Origin: Mobula hypostoma
Taxonomy: Eukaryota
Assembly: GCF_963921235.1 (NCBI RefSeq)
Contig: NC_086107.1
Coordinates: forward strand, 86,428,001 to 86,492,000
DNA length: 64,000 nt
Direction: 5' to 3'
Shown: one piece after another, positions 1 to 11,600 of the stretch
Numbering within the stretch: position 1 is the first letter of the stretch
Layout: every line of letters starts with the position of its first letter
Program-made: the position numbers and the translations under genes
Notes under the pieces: generated by a model
Databases searched by the model: none
Told to the model about the DNA's origin: nothing
Seen by the model: only the letters and a program-made list of their open reading frames with translations

Positions 1-243
1 GCAACGAGCAACACTCATTATTTTTGACCCCTATTAGGCAGGGGTACACTTTAGTGTAGTCTGGGGTGACGTACATTTTATATTTTCCTTTTTTTGGAAC
101 ACTCCGCCATGACGCGCTCTCTCTCTCTCGTAGTCGCTCTCAAAAAAATGATTTCGGGAATATTGTATATAATTTGTGGGCATCAGGGAGCGACTATTAT
201 AATGCAGGAGACTCCCGGAACTTCCGGAGAGGTGGGATGTCTG
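1..243. mobile_element. End of a probable non-autonomous DNA transposon, cut by the window start
   Basis: Ends in a TIR-like CTCCCGGAACTTCCGGAGAGGTGGGATGTCTG. The paralogous site at ~18510 lacks it and continues with different sequence. Confidence 0.5.
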
Positions 244-835
244 GAAAAGTATGCATTGAATCACTAATTCGGTGAAGATTTATTTTACAAGAACAACCCG
301 GACGTTATTTTACTTACCAATTTGAATGTTTCTAGTTATTGAACTTCGAAAAGTCGATATTGGCGGTCGGTCTGTGTGTACCGGTCTCTTCTCAAACTGC
401 GGTCTAAGGCGAGTTTCCAACGACACTTTTTTCCCTTCTGTGAAAAACCCGGAATTCCAGCATCTGCAGACTTGCGTCCCCGTGAACCTATTATGGACTC
501 GGTCAGAAATGGGACTGGTTACCAAATGGAAGAACTGCATTTATTAAGACTCATTCTCGAGCCCCAAATACCTGGAAAACTTGCCCACAATAACCAACCC
601 TACACGGATGGGGTGTGGGACAGGAATACACTAACAGCTGACTCCCGTTAATCCAGCTGCACCGAACTACTGATTATGTGTTGAGGGGAGTCGGCCGTGT
701 GTGTGTGTGTGTGTGGTGGTGGGGGGTTGGAGGAGGGGTTTGTGAGAAGCTGTAATGTCTTATTCAATAAAACTCCCACGGGGAAAGGACAGAAGAGAAT
801 GGCGTGATTAACAAAGGGGTAGTGAACAGGAATTG

Positions 836-877
836 ACAGCCCTTTTCTCTGCCGGATTAGTGGCTCTGAAAAGAGCC
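836..877 (-). terminator. Histone 3' stem-loop and HDE of H3 copy 1
   Basis: Minus strand GGCTCTTTTCAGAGCC (862-877) followed by AGAGAAAAGGGCTGT. Confidence 0.95.
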
Positions 878-906
878 TTTTGTTGTGCTTGGTGCCGAGG
901 TCGGGT

Positions 907-1323
<417 letters not shown>

Positions 1324-1387
1324 TCAGCAGTGCGATTACAGCCTGAAATATCAGGATTGAAGTGTCAGAGCAGACGCTGGGTCTGGC

Positions 1388-1627
1388 TTTTAAAGAGTTG
1401 ATGAAGGGCCGCCCCGCTCCCCTTCTGATTGGTTGGAATGGAGATGTCCATCATAGGGTCTCAGCAGTGCGATTGGCTGTCTTTCTTTAATCAGTTTGAA
1501 GCTGTCCGGCGTGGGGGTTGAGGAATAGTATCTGTGACCAAATATGGAAACTAGTGACTGAGGGTCAGAATCCAGCCAATCCGACTGCAGGGATTGGATG
1601 TCCGGTCAATTTCAAATCGCCCGCCAA
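1388..1627 (-). promoter_or_regulatory. H3 promoter: TATA-like box, CCAAT boxes, distal CDE/CHR-like element
   Basis: TTTTAAAA at 1388-1395; GATTGG at ~1427 and ~1471; TTGGCGG-GCGA-TTTGAA on minus at 1611-1627. Confidence 0.75.
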
Positions 1628-2233
1628 TTTCTAAAGCAGCCGGAGCTAGTTTCTTACAATGAATAGAAATCATGAATTATCAAATTTTACTTTCATTGAA
1701 AGAATCGTTTTTACTTCTCTCAATTAGAGAAATGAATGTTTGCATATTCAGCGAATAGCTTCTCGAGGTGAGTGCATTCGCTTCTGCCGGAAACGGGAGG
1801 ACAGGCAGGGGATTGAGATCAATTTTATTTATTGCATTTACAAAATAGTTTTTGGAGAAAACAAAGCCGCAAAAGGATTGCATGAACAACACGCTGAACT
1901 GAAATATTTGTAGAAACATATAAATAATTGCAAACAAATAATTACATTCTTTATCTCGTCTCGCACCAAGTCCCTGCAAACTGATGCGACCTGACCTGCC
2001 GGAGAGAGACAGAGTCGAACATGGAATTGAAATACAGCGCTCCGCGCAATCCTTCAGAAGCGCGAGTTCTTTATTGAATCAGAATCAGGTCAAATATTAC
2101 CGGCATATATCGTGAAATTTATTAACTTAGCGGCAGCAGTACTATGCAATATAGGAAATGATAATATAGGAAAAGTAAGTAGTTGGTACTGACATCTAAA
2201 CCGACCAGGATCTGGAATCGCGCGATTCTGGAT

Positions 2234-2274
2234 CAGCTCTTATCTGGGAGATGTGGGTGGCTCTTAAAAGAGCC
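2234..2274 (-). terminator. Histone 3' stem-loop and HDE of H1 copy 1
   Basis: GGCTCTTTTAAGAGCC (2259-2274), then ATAAGAGCTG. Confidence 0.95.
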
Positions 2275-2298
2275 TTTGGTTTCGGGTCTTTACTGCAT

Positions 2299-2922
2299 TT
2301 ACTTTTTGGCCGCTGTCTTCTTGGCTTTCACAGATTTTGCCTTCGGCTTGGGTTTTGCCGACTTCTTGGCCACCTTGGGGGCTGCGACTTTCTTCGGACT
2401 CTTGGGTTTCTGCGCGGTCTTCTTGGTCGCTGTTTTCTTAGCTGCCGCTTTTTTAACCGCAGTTTTCTTAACCCCTTTGGTCTTGGCGGGAGATTTCTTG
2501 GCACCTGTTTTCCTGGCCACAGATTTCTTGGTCACTGCCTTCTTGGTCTTAGATGCCTTGGCCGCTGGTTTCTTCGCTTTTTTCACGACTTTCCCGGTAT
2601 GTTCTTTTTTAGCGGCTCTCAAGGAGCCGGAGGCACCTGCGCCCTTAGTGTGAACCAGGGTGCCTTTATCCACTTTCCTTTTAATGGTCAACCTGATCTG
2701 ACCTTTCAGCTTTTGTACATCGACGCCGCTGCTGGCCAAATTCTTCTTTATCGCGGCTACGGACACCCCTCGCTGACTGCGGCAATCGGCCACAATCTTG
2801 TCGATTAGATCGCCCAGTTTGGGACCGGCTGACTTTGTCCGGACGGCCGCCTTCTTCTTCTTGGCAGCCTTGGTTGCAGAGGCGGGTGCCGCTGGTGGAG
2901 CCACTTCTGCGGTCTCGGTCAT
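2299..2922 (-). CDS. H1: Linker histone H1, 207 aa
   Basis: True start MTETAEVAP at 2922. Winged-helix globular domain (GTLVHTKGAGASGS), Lys/Ala-rich tail with SPKK/SPAK, and a stem-loop. Confidence 0.96.
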   Translation of the reverse strand: MTETAEVAPPAAPASATKAAKKKKAAVRTKSAGPKLGDLIDKIVADCRSQRGVSVAAIKKNLASSGVDVQKLKGQIRLTIKRKVDKGTLVHTKGAGASGSLRAAKKEHTGKVVKKAKKPAAKASKTKKAVTKKSVARKTGAKKSPAKTKGVKKTAVKKAAAKKTATKKTAQKPKSPKKVAAPKVAKKSAKPKPKAKSVKAKKTAAKK

Positions 2923-2997
2923 GGTCAGAAACTGCACAAACTCTCTGGAACTCTGAAGTGTGTGAGAAATGAAGCGAGAGGCGGCGGTGCTGAGCAA

Positions 2998-3069
2998 TTT
3001 AAAGGCAGCGAGCGGACGGGGCGGAGACATCCTGCAGTCAGCTCCCGGCCGCTCCGTCTCTCTGTGTTT
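2998..3069 (-). promoter_or_regulatory. H1 promoter: TTTAAA, GC box, H1/AC box
   Basis: TTTAAA at 2998-3003, GGGGCGG at ~3018, AAACACA on minus at 3063-3069. Confidence 0.75.
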
Positions 3070-3899
3070 CTCTCTCCCGAAAAACTCTCCGATTCCGATT
3101 AAAATAGGACATCCCCGAGACCCAGACCGCTCTCTGTCTGTGCCCGAGGCCGGATTCTCTGCTGTAAAGAAAGTTTGGTCCGAATTAAACGCGGCAGTTT
3201 CTATATCAACCCCTTTCACTGCTGCACTGACCTCATTCTTCCCCGGGATCGGGACATTTTCTCTGTTTCCCGACTGAAATATTGAAATCAACTAAAAAAT
3301 CGCGGTTAATTCCCACTTCAGGACTGAGCTGGGGAACTGTGCCATCCCGGAGCAGGCAAATTGTTTTATTTTCTCTCGGTGGGGATGAAAAATCCAGCGA
3401 TGTGTTCGGACTCACAAACACAGTGATACCAGTCTAAGCCCTCAGGCCTCTTAGCACACTCTCCCTGACACACCGTTCAGATCTGTACATTCACAGCACC
3501 AACTGTTGGCCCGGTGCACCGTTCCCAGCGCAGGTTTTCCTCTCCGCTCGACCTGCTCTCCGGATTATCGCGTGTTATTTGTAGATTCCCAGATCAGTAA
3601 TACCCAGAGGCCGGCGCTCCTCACCACCCTGATCCCTTGGTTTGGGTTGGATTCATCTCCTCTTTACGTGGGCTGCACGTTCAGTTTAAATAGGAGATGA
3701 AGACCATTTGCTGTGTCCTGCTGTTTGATCAACAAAATTCGATAGAATTGACACAAACCGCCCTACTTTTCTGTTCAATTCCTCAATTAATCTCACAAAT
3801 CTGTTCTAGTTCCTTGGAGAGGTAACCCAGAGATTTGATGAGTGTATCACAGCCACATCGTATTATATCATTCAGAAGAAAAGCAACAATGAAACATAA

Positions 3900-6320
3900 G
3901 TTAGACAAAGACCCCATGGAACTGCAGTCTGGAAGGTTAGATGACATGGGAATCCAGGGAGAGGTAGAAGTGGATAGATACTCGGCTTGATGTTAGGAGA
4001 CGGGGGTGATGGTCGAAGGTTGTTTACGGGACAGGAGATCAGTGAGTAGTGACGTGCCGGGCCCATTGCTTTTCATCATTTTATATAAAGAATTTGGATG
4101 AGAGTGTACAAGACATGGGTAGTAAGTTTGAAGATAACACTAAGCTAGCCGGTAGAGTCACAGAGCAACACAGCGCAGATAAATTGTCGACATAACGTCG
4201 CAACTCCCGGATTAAACGCCCTGACTGATGCTAAACACGTCTTTCTCTGCCCAGTCTGCTGGTGACGCCACTTTCAATGAACAAAGCTCTAGTACTCCTC
4301 AATCCCTCTCTCCCGTGACACCCCCGAGTTCCCCACCATTCCATGTATAAACCCTGCCTTGGTTTGACTTTCCAAAATACATCATCTGAATTGTAATCCA
4401 TTCGTCAATTCTCCTTTACACTTCAGTAACTGAGCAAGATCTCCCTGTAGTCATCTTCACTATCAAAAATACTTCCTTATTTTGTGTCCTCCACAAACTT
4501 ACTGGTAAAAACCTTGAGCGTCTGTAATATAGCGTTTATATTACAAAAGAATAACAAGGGTGCCAACACTGACACCCGTGGTACATCACGAGTCCCCAGC
4601 CTCGATTCCTCACACACACAAAGCTATGCCAACTACTCACAATCAGACTCCATCTGTGCAAATACTGGTAGATTCTGTCCTCACAATCCCCTACAGTAAA
4701 TGCCCCACTCCTGATGTCAGTCTGAGTGGCCTGTCGTTCCCTGGCTTATCCTTGCTGCACTTTTTAAACAATTGAATGACAATAGCACATTCTGGTCTTC
4801 AGCAACTTCAGCAGTGGCTAATGATGAAGCCAGTGTCTCCACCAGAGAGGTGGGTGAGTGGGAGGATACTTAGTAAATTGAGTTTAATGTGGGAAAATGT
4901 GAGGTTATGCCCCGTGTAGGGGGAATCAAAAGAGAGACTATAATTTATGTGGAGAGAAACTGCACATGAATGAAGTACATAGGGCCTGGGTGTTAAGTTA
5001 CATACAAACAGCAGACAGGTATAGTGAGTGGCCAATGGTGAATGGTGCATTGATGTTGATTGTTGGGTGGTTGGTGCAGAGAAACAGAGAACTGTTGTTA
5101 CAGTGTCAGACAAGTGAAGAGATAGATTTTGGGAAGTTAAAACAGGCCAGGGCATACACAGTGAATGTCATGGTCTGGGAGAGTGTGAATGAACAGCAAG
5201 CTCTTCGGATACTGATATTGTACTCGGTTCACTGAAAGTAGCAACATCGGGAGACAAGGTAGTGACGAAGGTGCACAGTATGTTTACTTTCATGGGCAAA
5301 GGCTGTGAGAGGAGTTGGGACATCATATTGTACAAATCATTCACTGGGCCACACCCAGAGTTCCCTGTGCAGTTCCAACACCACACTAATGGAAGGATGT
5401 GATTAAACTGGAAAGATGTAGAAAACACTCACAGAAATATTGCCTGTGCTGGAGGGCTTGAGTTACAAGGAAAGATTGGATGGACTGGGACTGTTTTCCC
5501 TGAAGCGAAAGCGCTGAAGAAAAATCTGATAGAAATTTATAAAACTATGAGAGGTCTAGATGGGATAGAGAATCAGGATCATTTTCCCAGGGTGGAAATA
5601 TCAAACATGAGAAGACATTGCTTTAAGATCACAGGGCGAGAAGTTAAAGGAGTTATGCAGGGTAAGTAATAGTTTGGTTTTATTTACAGAGTGGTACGGC
5701 CTGCCATGGGGGAATGGTGAAAGCAGATATGATTATGACATTTCAAAAGCTTTTAGATGGGAAATGGAAAGATATGAATCACATGCAGGCAGAAGAGATT
5801 CAGTTTCCTTTGGCATTGTGTTCAGCACAGACGTTGTGGGAAGAAGGGCCTGTTCCTCTGCTGTACTGTTCTGTGCTCTGGGTGAGCAACAGTGACAGAA
5901 AACTCTTTAGCTGGAGGCACAGCACAGGTATATCTGTGGAAATGAGTGGGGCCCTCAAGAGTATTGAAGAATTCATCTCTGTTTTAAATCGATGTCCCCA
6001 TATTCTGAGGCATGCCCTCTGGTCCAAGTCTGCCCCACTATTGAAACATCCTTTCCACAACCACTCTAAGCTTTTCAATATTCAAAAGTTTTCTATGAGA
6101 CCCCATAATTCTTCCAATCAAATGCTCCTCGTATGTTAACACTTTAAAGCCCGGGATAATTTCTGTGAACCTCCTCTCGATCCTCTTTAGTGCCCAGCAC
6201 ATCTTTTCTTGGATAAGTGAGGCACCAGAGGACTGGAGGGTAGCCAGCGTTCTTCCTATGTTTAAGAAAGGTTCTGAAAATAAAGCAGGAATTACAGGCC
6301 AGTGAGCCAGACGTCAATTC
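3900..6320. mobile_element. Mosaic of decayed CR1-type LINE fragments on both strands
   Basis: RT remnants (GPLLFII, KFEDNTKL) and a CR1-like 3' end near 5820-5880. Confidence 0.75.
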
Positions 6321-7479
6321 AAGTTTCATTGTCCTCAACCATACATGAATACTCATGAATACAGTCAAACAAGACAGCGTTACTGCAGGTCAAGGTGCTA
6401 AAAACACATTAACAACAGTCACATACAAAAACTCATTCACGGAATAAAAGAATCCCAAGGTCCCCACACCCACAACATTGCAGCTTGATGCCCATGCCTG
6501 GTATATACAAATCAACAAACTCGTTTAGAATATCAGTAAAATACGATGCAGATTACACATGTATATAGTCCAGACCCCACAGCCCCTCAGTATCATCTGT
6601 CAATCTGCCCCAATACCCACTAGGTGTTACTGTGGGTTAGAGGACCACTCCTGGCATCTACAGGCACATATAGAATATTAGTAAAAATACAACAACACAG
6701 AATATGTATGTATATAATCCAGACCTCCAAGTCCTCTGAGATCATCTCTCGACTGGCACAATGCCTGACGCCCAATACAACCAGACAAATATATCTGTAT
6801 ATAGTCCAGACCCCGCACTCCAATTGAAATCTTCAGCTGACCACATCTGTGCTACTCTTCCACCTGTAGCGCATGCCCCCAGTGGCTGAAAATCAAGTGA
6901 CTTTGCAGCTTGAGGCCCAATTCCATTGAGTGATGCCAACAAATCTGCAGCAGACCTCAACAGAGCTTGTCTTCTGCCGAGTAAAGCCCTGGGAGGGCAG
7001 TGCCAACTTCATTCTGGATCCTGTGCCACACCACCCGCGGTGAAGCACCGTGGCTTTGTCCCTTCACTCCTGTGGCTGCAAACAGGTGACACCATGGTTT
7101 CAGCCCGAGACCTCGCTGCAACTGAGGTCAGCAAGATTCCCTGCCTCCGCCCCTGCTCTCATCCAATAAATCAGCGAACTGAACTTGCGGTGTACCAGAT
7201 TAACAATGTCGAAAGGAAAGGGGTCTTGTGATCACAAGAAAATCGACCATAACGGCCACTCGCTATTTGACTGTGAGCCTCCATCGACTTGGGCAGCAGC
7301 TCCTTCATTATCTCCACCAATGAGCAACTCGCTGATGCTGCACACCTGAGCTACTTTGAGATCTCAACATTTAGCAATATCTTGTGATCATTTGAAGTAG
7401 GTTTAAGTAGAACATTAGCACCTTTTGTTGACCCCATAGAAGATGCTGCAACCAGTCACACCAGCATCTTGCCAGAAGT

Positions 7480-9790
7480 AGTGGGAAGATTATTGAAAGG
7501 TATTCTAAGGGACCAGATATACGAGTATTTGACTAGACATGGACTAATTAAGGAGAACCAGCATCACTTCATGCATACCTTCTTCAGGAAGTAGCAGGAA
7601 ATTAGGTTAAAGCAGTGGATGTTGTCTACCTGGATTTTAGCAAGGCATTTGACAAGGACCAGCATGGGAGGCTGGTCAGGAAGGTTCAGTCACTTGGCAA
7701 TCAAGATGAGGTAGTAAATTGGATTAGGCATTAGTTTTGTGGGAGAAGCAAGAGAGTGGTAGTAGACGGTTGCCTCTCTGACTGCAGGCCTGTGACTAAT
7801 GATGTGCTGCAGGGATTGATGTTGGGTCTGATGCTGTTTGTCATCTATATCAATGATCTGGATGACACATGTGTTTAACTGGAATAGCAGATTTGCAGAT
7901 GACACCAAGACTGGGGGTGTAGTGGACTGTGAGGAAGACTTTCAGAGCTTGCAGCGGAATCTGGACCAGCTGGAAAAATGGGCTGAAAAATGTCAGATGG
8001 AATTTAATGCAGACACGTGTGAGGTGTTGCACTTTGGTAGGACCAACCCGGGTAGGTCTTACACGTGAATGGTAGGGCACTTGGGAGTGTGGTAGAACAA
8101 AGGGATCTGGGAATGCAGGTTTATATTCCATTGAAAGTGGCATCATATTTGGATAGGTTTGTAAAGAAAACTTTTGCCACATTGGCCTTCATAAACCGAA
8201 GTATTGAGTACAGGAGATAGGATGTTATGTTGAAGTTGGAAAAGACATTGGTGGGGCCTAATTTGGAGTATTGTGTACAGTTTTGGTCACCTATCTTCAG
8301 GAAAAATGTAAATAAGGTTGAAAGAGTTCAAAGGAAAATTTACAAGGACAGTGCTAGGTCTTCAGGACCTGAGTTAAAGGAAAATTGAATAGGTTAGAAT
8401 TTCATTCCTTGGAACATAGAAGAATGAGAGGAGATGTGTGTTGCGTACCCCGTAACTGGGTTGCCAAACCAGCAGAAATGGATCACTCAGTTGGAGTCTG
8501 GATTACTAGAACAGAGAAAGTTTTATTAAAGAAACAAGCAACACAGTAATCGAAAGGATAATAAATGCAACAGTTCAGCAATGATAAACATACATGTGCA
8601 CAGAATTAAGATAACAGCATCAATCAAGCTCTATCGTTGTCTAGGGGTAAATGACCAATTTCAAAGTGACACAAAAGTCCAGTTCGATTTAATAGTTCAG
8701 TTCACAGTAATCGTTGCCATGGCGATGGACAACGTGGTGGTGGGGGAGAGAGAGAGAGAGAGAGAACGGGAACGACTGATCATTCAGAAACGGCTTCCAC
8801 TCACAGACCGGCGATATTGCTCATAAGCAGCTTTCGAGCGGGTCCTTTGTGATGTCACCTGAGGTCACCGACTGTGACCCTTCCTCCAGATGCGGTCAAT
8901 CCTCTGCAGTGAACCCGGCACCCAAGCGAGGGTGGACACACACCGGGTTCCCGCTGATCGTACCTTTCCACCCTGTGCGTTTGTGGCCCGGTACTTCCCA
9001 CCGACTCGTGAGAGGCGCACCGCTTCCAGGGTCTCGTTACCTCGGGTGTCGTGTGTGTGTCCTGCCTTAGCGAACCTGTCCCTTTTTATCCCCCTGCTGG
9101 GGTATCGCCTGTCCATTACTTCAAACAGATCAGGGTTCAAAGGGGGAGCCACTCCAGACAGCTCTCTCTCCCGTCCCTTCATTACACATCTCCAGATCGC
9201 CTGTCCATTACTTCAAACAGTTCAGGGTTCAAAGGGGGGAGCCGCTCCAGACAGCTCTCTCTCTCCCGTCCCTTCATTACACATCTCCAGATGCTGCTTC
9301 ATTGTTCCTTATCTCTCCTTCCCCTGAGGACAGGTGGCAGACCAACTGCTGATGCCACTGATGCTAACCCAGGCCAGCAAACATCTTAATTTTATGTGTA
9401 TTCTCGTCACATGTGATAGAGGTATACCAAATTATGAGAGGTATAGACAGGATAAATGCAAGCAGGATTTTTCCACTGAGGTTGGGTGGGATTACAACTA
9501 GGGATCATGGATTAGGGTGAAAGGTGAAAAGTGAAAAGTTTAATGGGAACATGAGGAGGAACCTCTTCACTCAGAGGTTTGGTAGAGTGTGGATCGAGCT
9601 GCAAGTGCAAGTGGTGCTTGCAACCTTGATTTCAATGTTTAAGAGAGGTTTAGATAGGTACATGGATGGTGGGGTTATGAAGGACTATGGTCCCAGCGCA
9701 GGTCGATCGGAATAAGCTGTTTAACTGGTTTCGGCACAGGCTAGGATAGGCCAATGGGCCTGTTTCTGTGCTGTACTTTTCTATGACTTT
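7480..9790 (+). mobile_element. CR1 LINE ORF2 3' portion, split by a solo LTR
   Basis: FADDTK motif and QMEFNADTCEVLHFGRTN. The sequence rejoins across 8439-9411. Confidence 0.85.
8439..9411 (-). mobile_element. Solo LTR related to the 11.6-17 kb Gypsy LTRs
   Basis: TG...CA termini and a 4-bp TSD TGTG (8435-8438 / 9412-9415). Terminal similarity to the LTR at 11601, and an internal ~93-bp tandem duplication at 9104-9290. Confidence 0.9.
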
Positions 9791-11600
9791 ATAAGGGGCC
9801 AAAAATGCTCAAAATATTCCAAGCGTAATCTCACCAATGTACTATAAAGCCTCAGAATTATACCCTTGCTTTTATATTCTAGACCTCTTGAAATGAATAC
9901 GAACGTTGCATTTGCCTTCCTTACCACCAACTCAACCTGCATGTTAACCTTTCGGGAATCCTGCACAAGGACTACCAAGTCTCTATGCACCTTTGATTTT
10001 TGAACTTTCTCCCCATTTAGGAAATAGTCTACACCTTTATTCCTTCTCCCAAAGTGCATGAGCATGCACTTCCCTGCACTATATTACATCTGCCACTCCT
10101 TTGCTCCTTCTTCCAAATTGTCCAAACCCTTCTACAGACTCTCTGCTTCCTCAACACTTACTGCTCCTCCACTTATCTTTGTACTGTCTGCAAACGTAGC
10201 CACTAAGCAATCAATACTGTCATCTTAATCATTGACCTATAATATGAAAAGGAGTGATCTTAATACTGAACCCTGTGGAAAATCACTAGACATCAGCAGC
10301 CAAAGGACCTCCTTTATTCTGCCTGTCAACCAATCTTCAGAACTCTGGGGTGTTGTCCATCAAATTGGTTGATTTATCTACCTTTAGACGTTTCAACATT
10401 CCAAGTACCTTCCCCTTAGTCATAGCAACTACCCTCACTCTGCCTCCAACACTCTCGAATTTCTGGCACACTGTTTCTGACTTCTAGTTGTCTATACCAG
10501 TGAGGACTAACATAAAATATTGATTAAGTTCATCTCCCATTTCTTTGTCACCCATTACTAACTCTCCTGTGTCTTTTTCCCATCGAGCAATATCCTCCCT
10601 CATCTCTTGGGATGAAGTACCAACCTGATTTTCCCAATCGCTCTGCATTTTGAATTTCCACATGACTATTGTAACATTGCCCTTATTATATCCCTTTTCT
10701 ATCTCCCAATATAATTTGTTTCCCACATCCTGACTACTGTTCAGGGGTCTGTCTAAAACTCCCATCAGGGTATTTTTACCCCTGTAGTTTCTTAATTCTA
10801 CTCACAAGAGCTCTGCATCTTCCAATTCTATGTGACTTCTTTTTAGGATTTAATTTAATTTATTACCAACAGAGCCACCCCATCCTCTCTGCCTAACTGC
10901 CTACCTTTGGATTTTAAGCTCTCAACTATGATCTTCTTTCAGCCACGACTCAGTGAGACTAACTAGGAATATGCCAGAACCTGTTGGGGGCAGAAGTTGA
11001 CAAACCACCTGGACCAGATGGACTAGTACGCAGAGTACTGAAACAGGAGGCGGAAGAGATTGTGGAGGCATTAGTAATGATCTCTCAAGAATCACTGCAT
11101 TCTGATATGATTCTGAAGGACTGGAAAACTGCAAATTTTACTCCACATTTTAAGAAAGGAGGGAGGCAAAAGAAAGGGAAATATAGCTCAGTTAGAGTTT
11201 CAAGGGGGTGGAGGCGTAGCAGACTTGGGGGTGGGATTGATGGACTATTCCAGATTTGTGGTGGTGGTGGATAGTTTGAGGGTCCAGAGGAACTTAGTGA
11301 GAATGATTTTGGGACTGAAAGGGTCAATGTACAAGGAGTGCTTGATGGCCCTGGGCGTGTAGCTGCTGGAGCTTAGAAGAATGAGAAGGATCTTGAATAT
11401 TGAAAGACCTCGATAGAATGGATGTTTCCGTACAGATGAGAGTCCAGGACCAAAGGGCACAGCTTTTGGAACAGAGATGTGGAATTTCTTTAGCCAGTGG
11501 GTGGTGAATCTGTGATATTCTTTGCTACAGGTGGCCATGGAGGCCATGTCATTGGATATATTTAAAGTGGAGATTGATAGGTTCTTGATTAGGAAGGGTG
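9790..11600. mobile_element. CR1 fragments (minus to ~10950, then plus)
   Basis: HFGRRNKGVDYFLNG and PGPDGL...DWKTANFTPHFKKG remnants. Confidence 0.8.

Noticed and set aside
2923-3291. 123-aa N-terminal extension of H1, and the MK- and MELH- extensions on H2A and H2B
   Set aside because: They start at non-ATG codons and run through the promoter or 5' UTR. The canonical ATG lies downstream.
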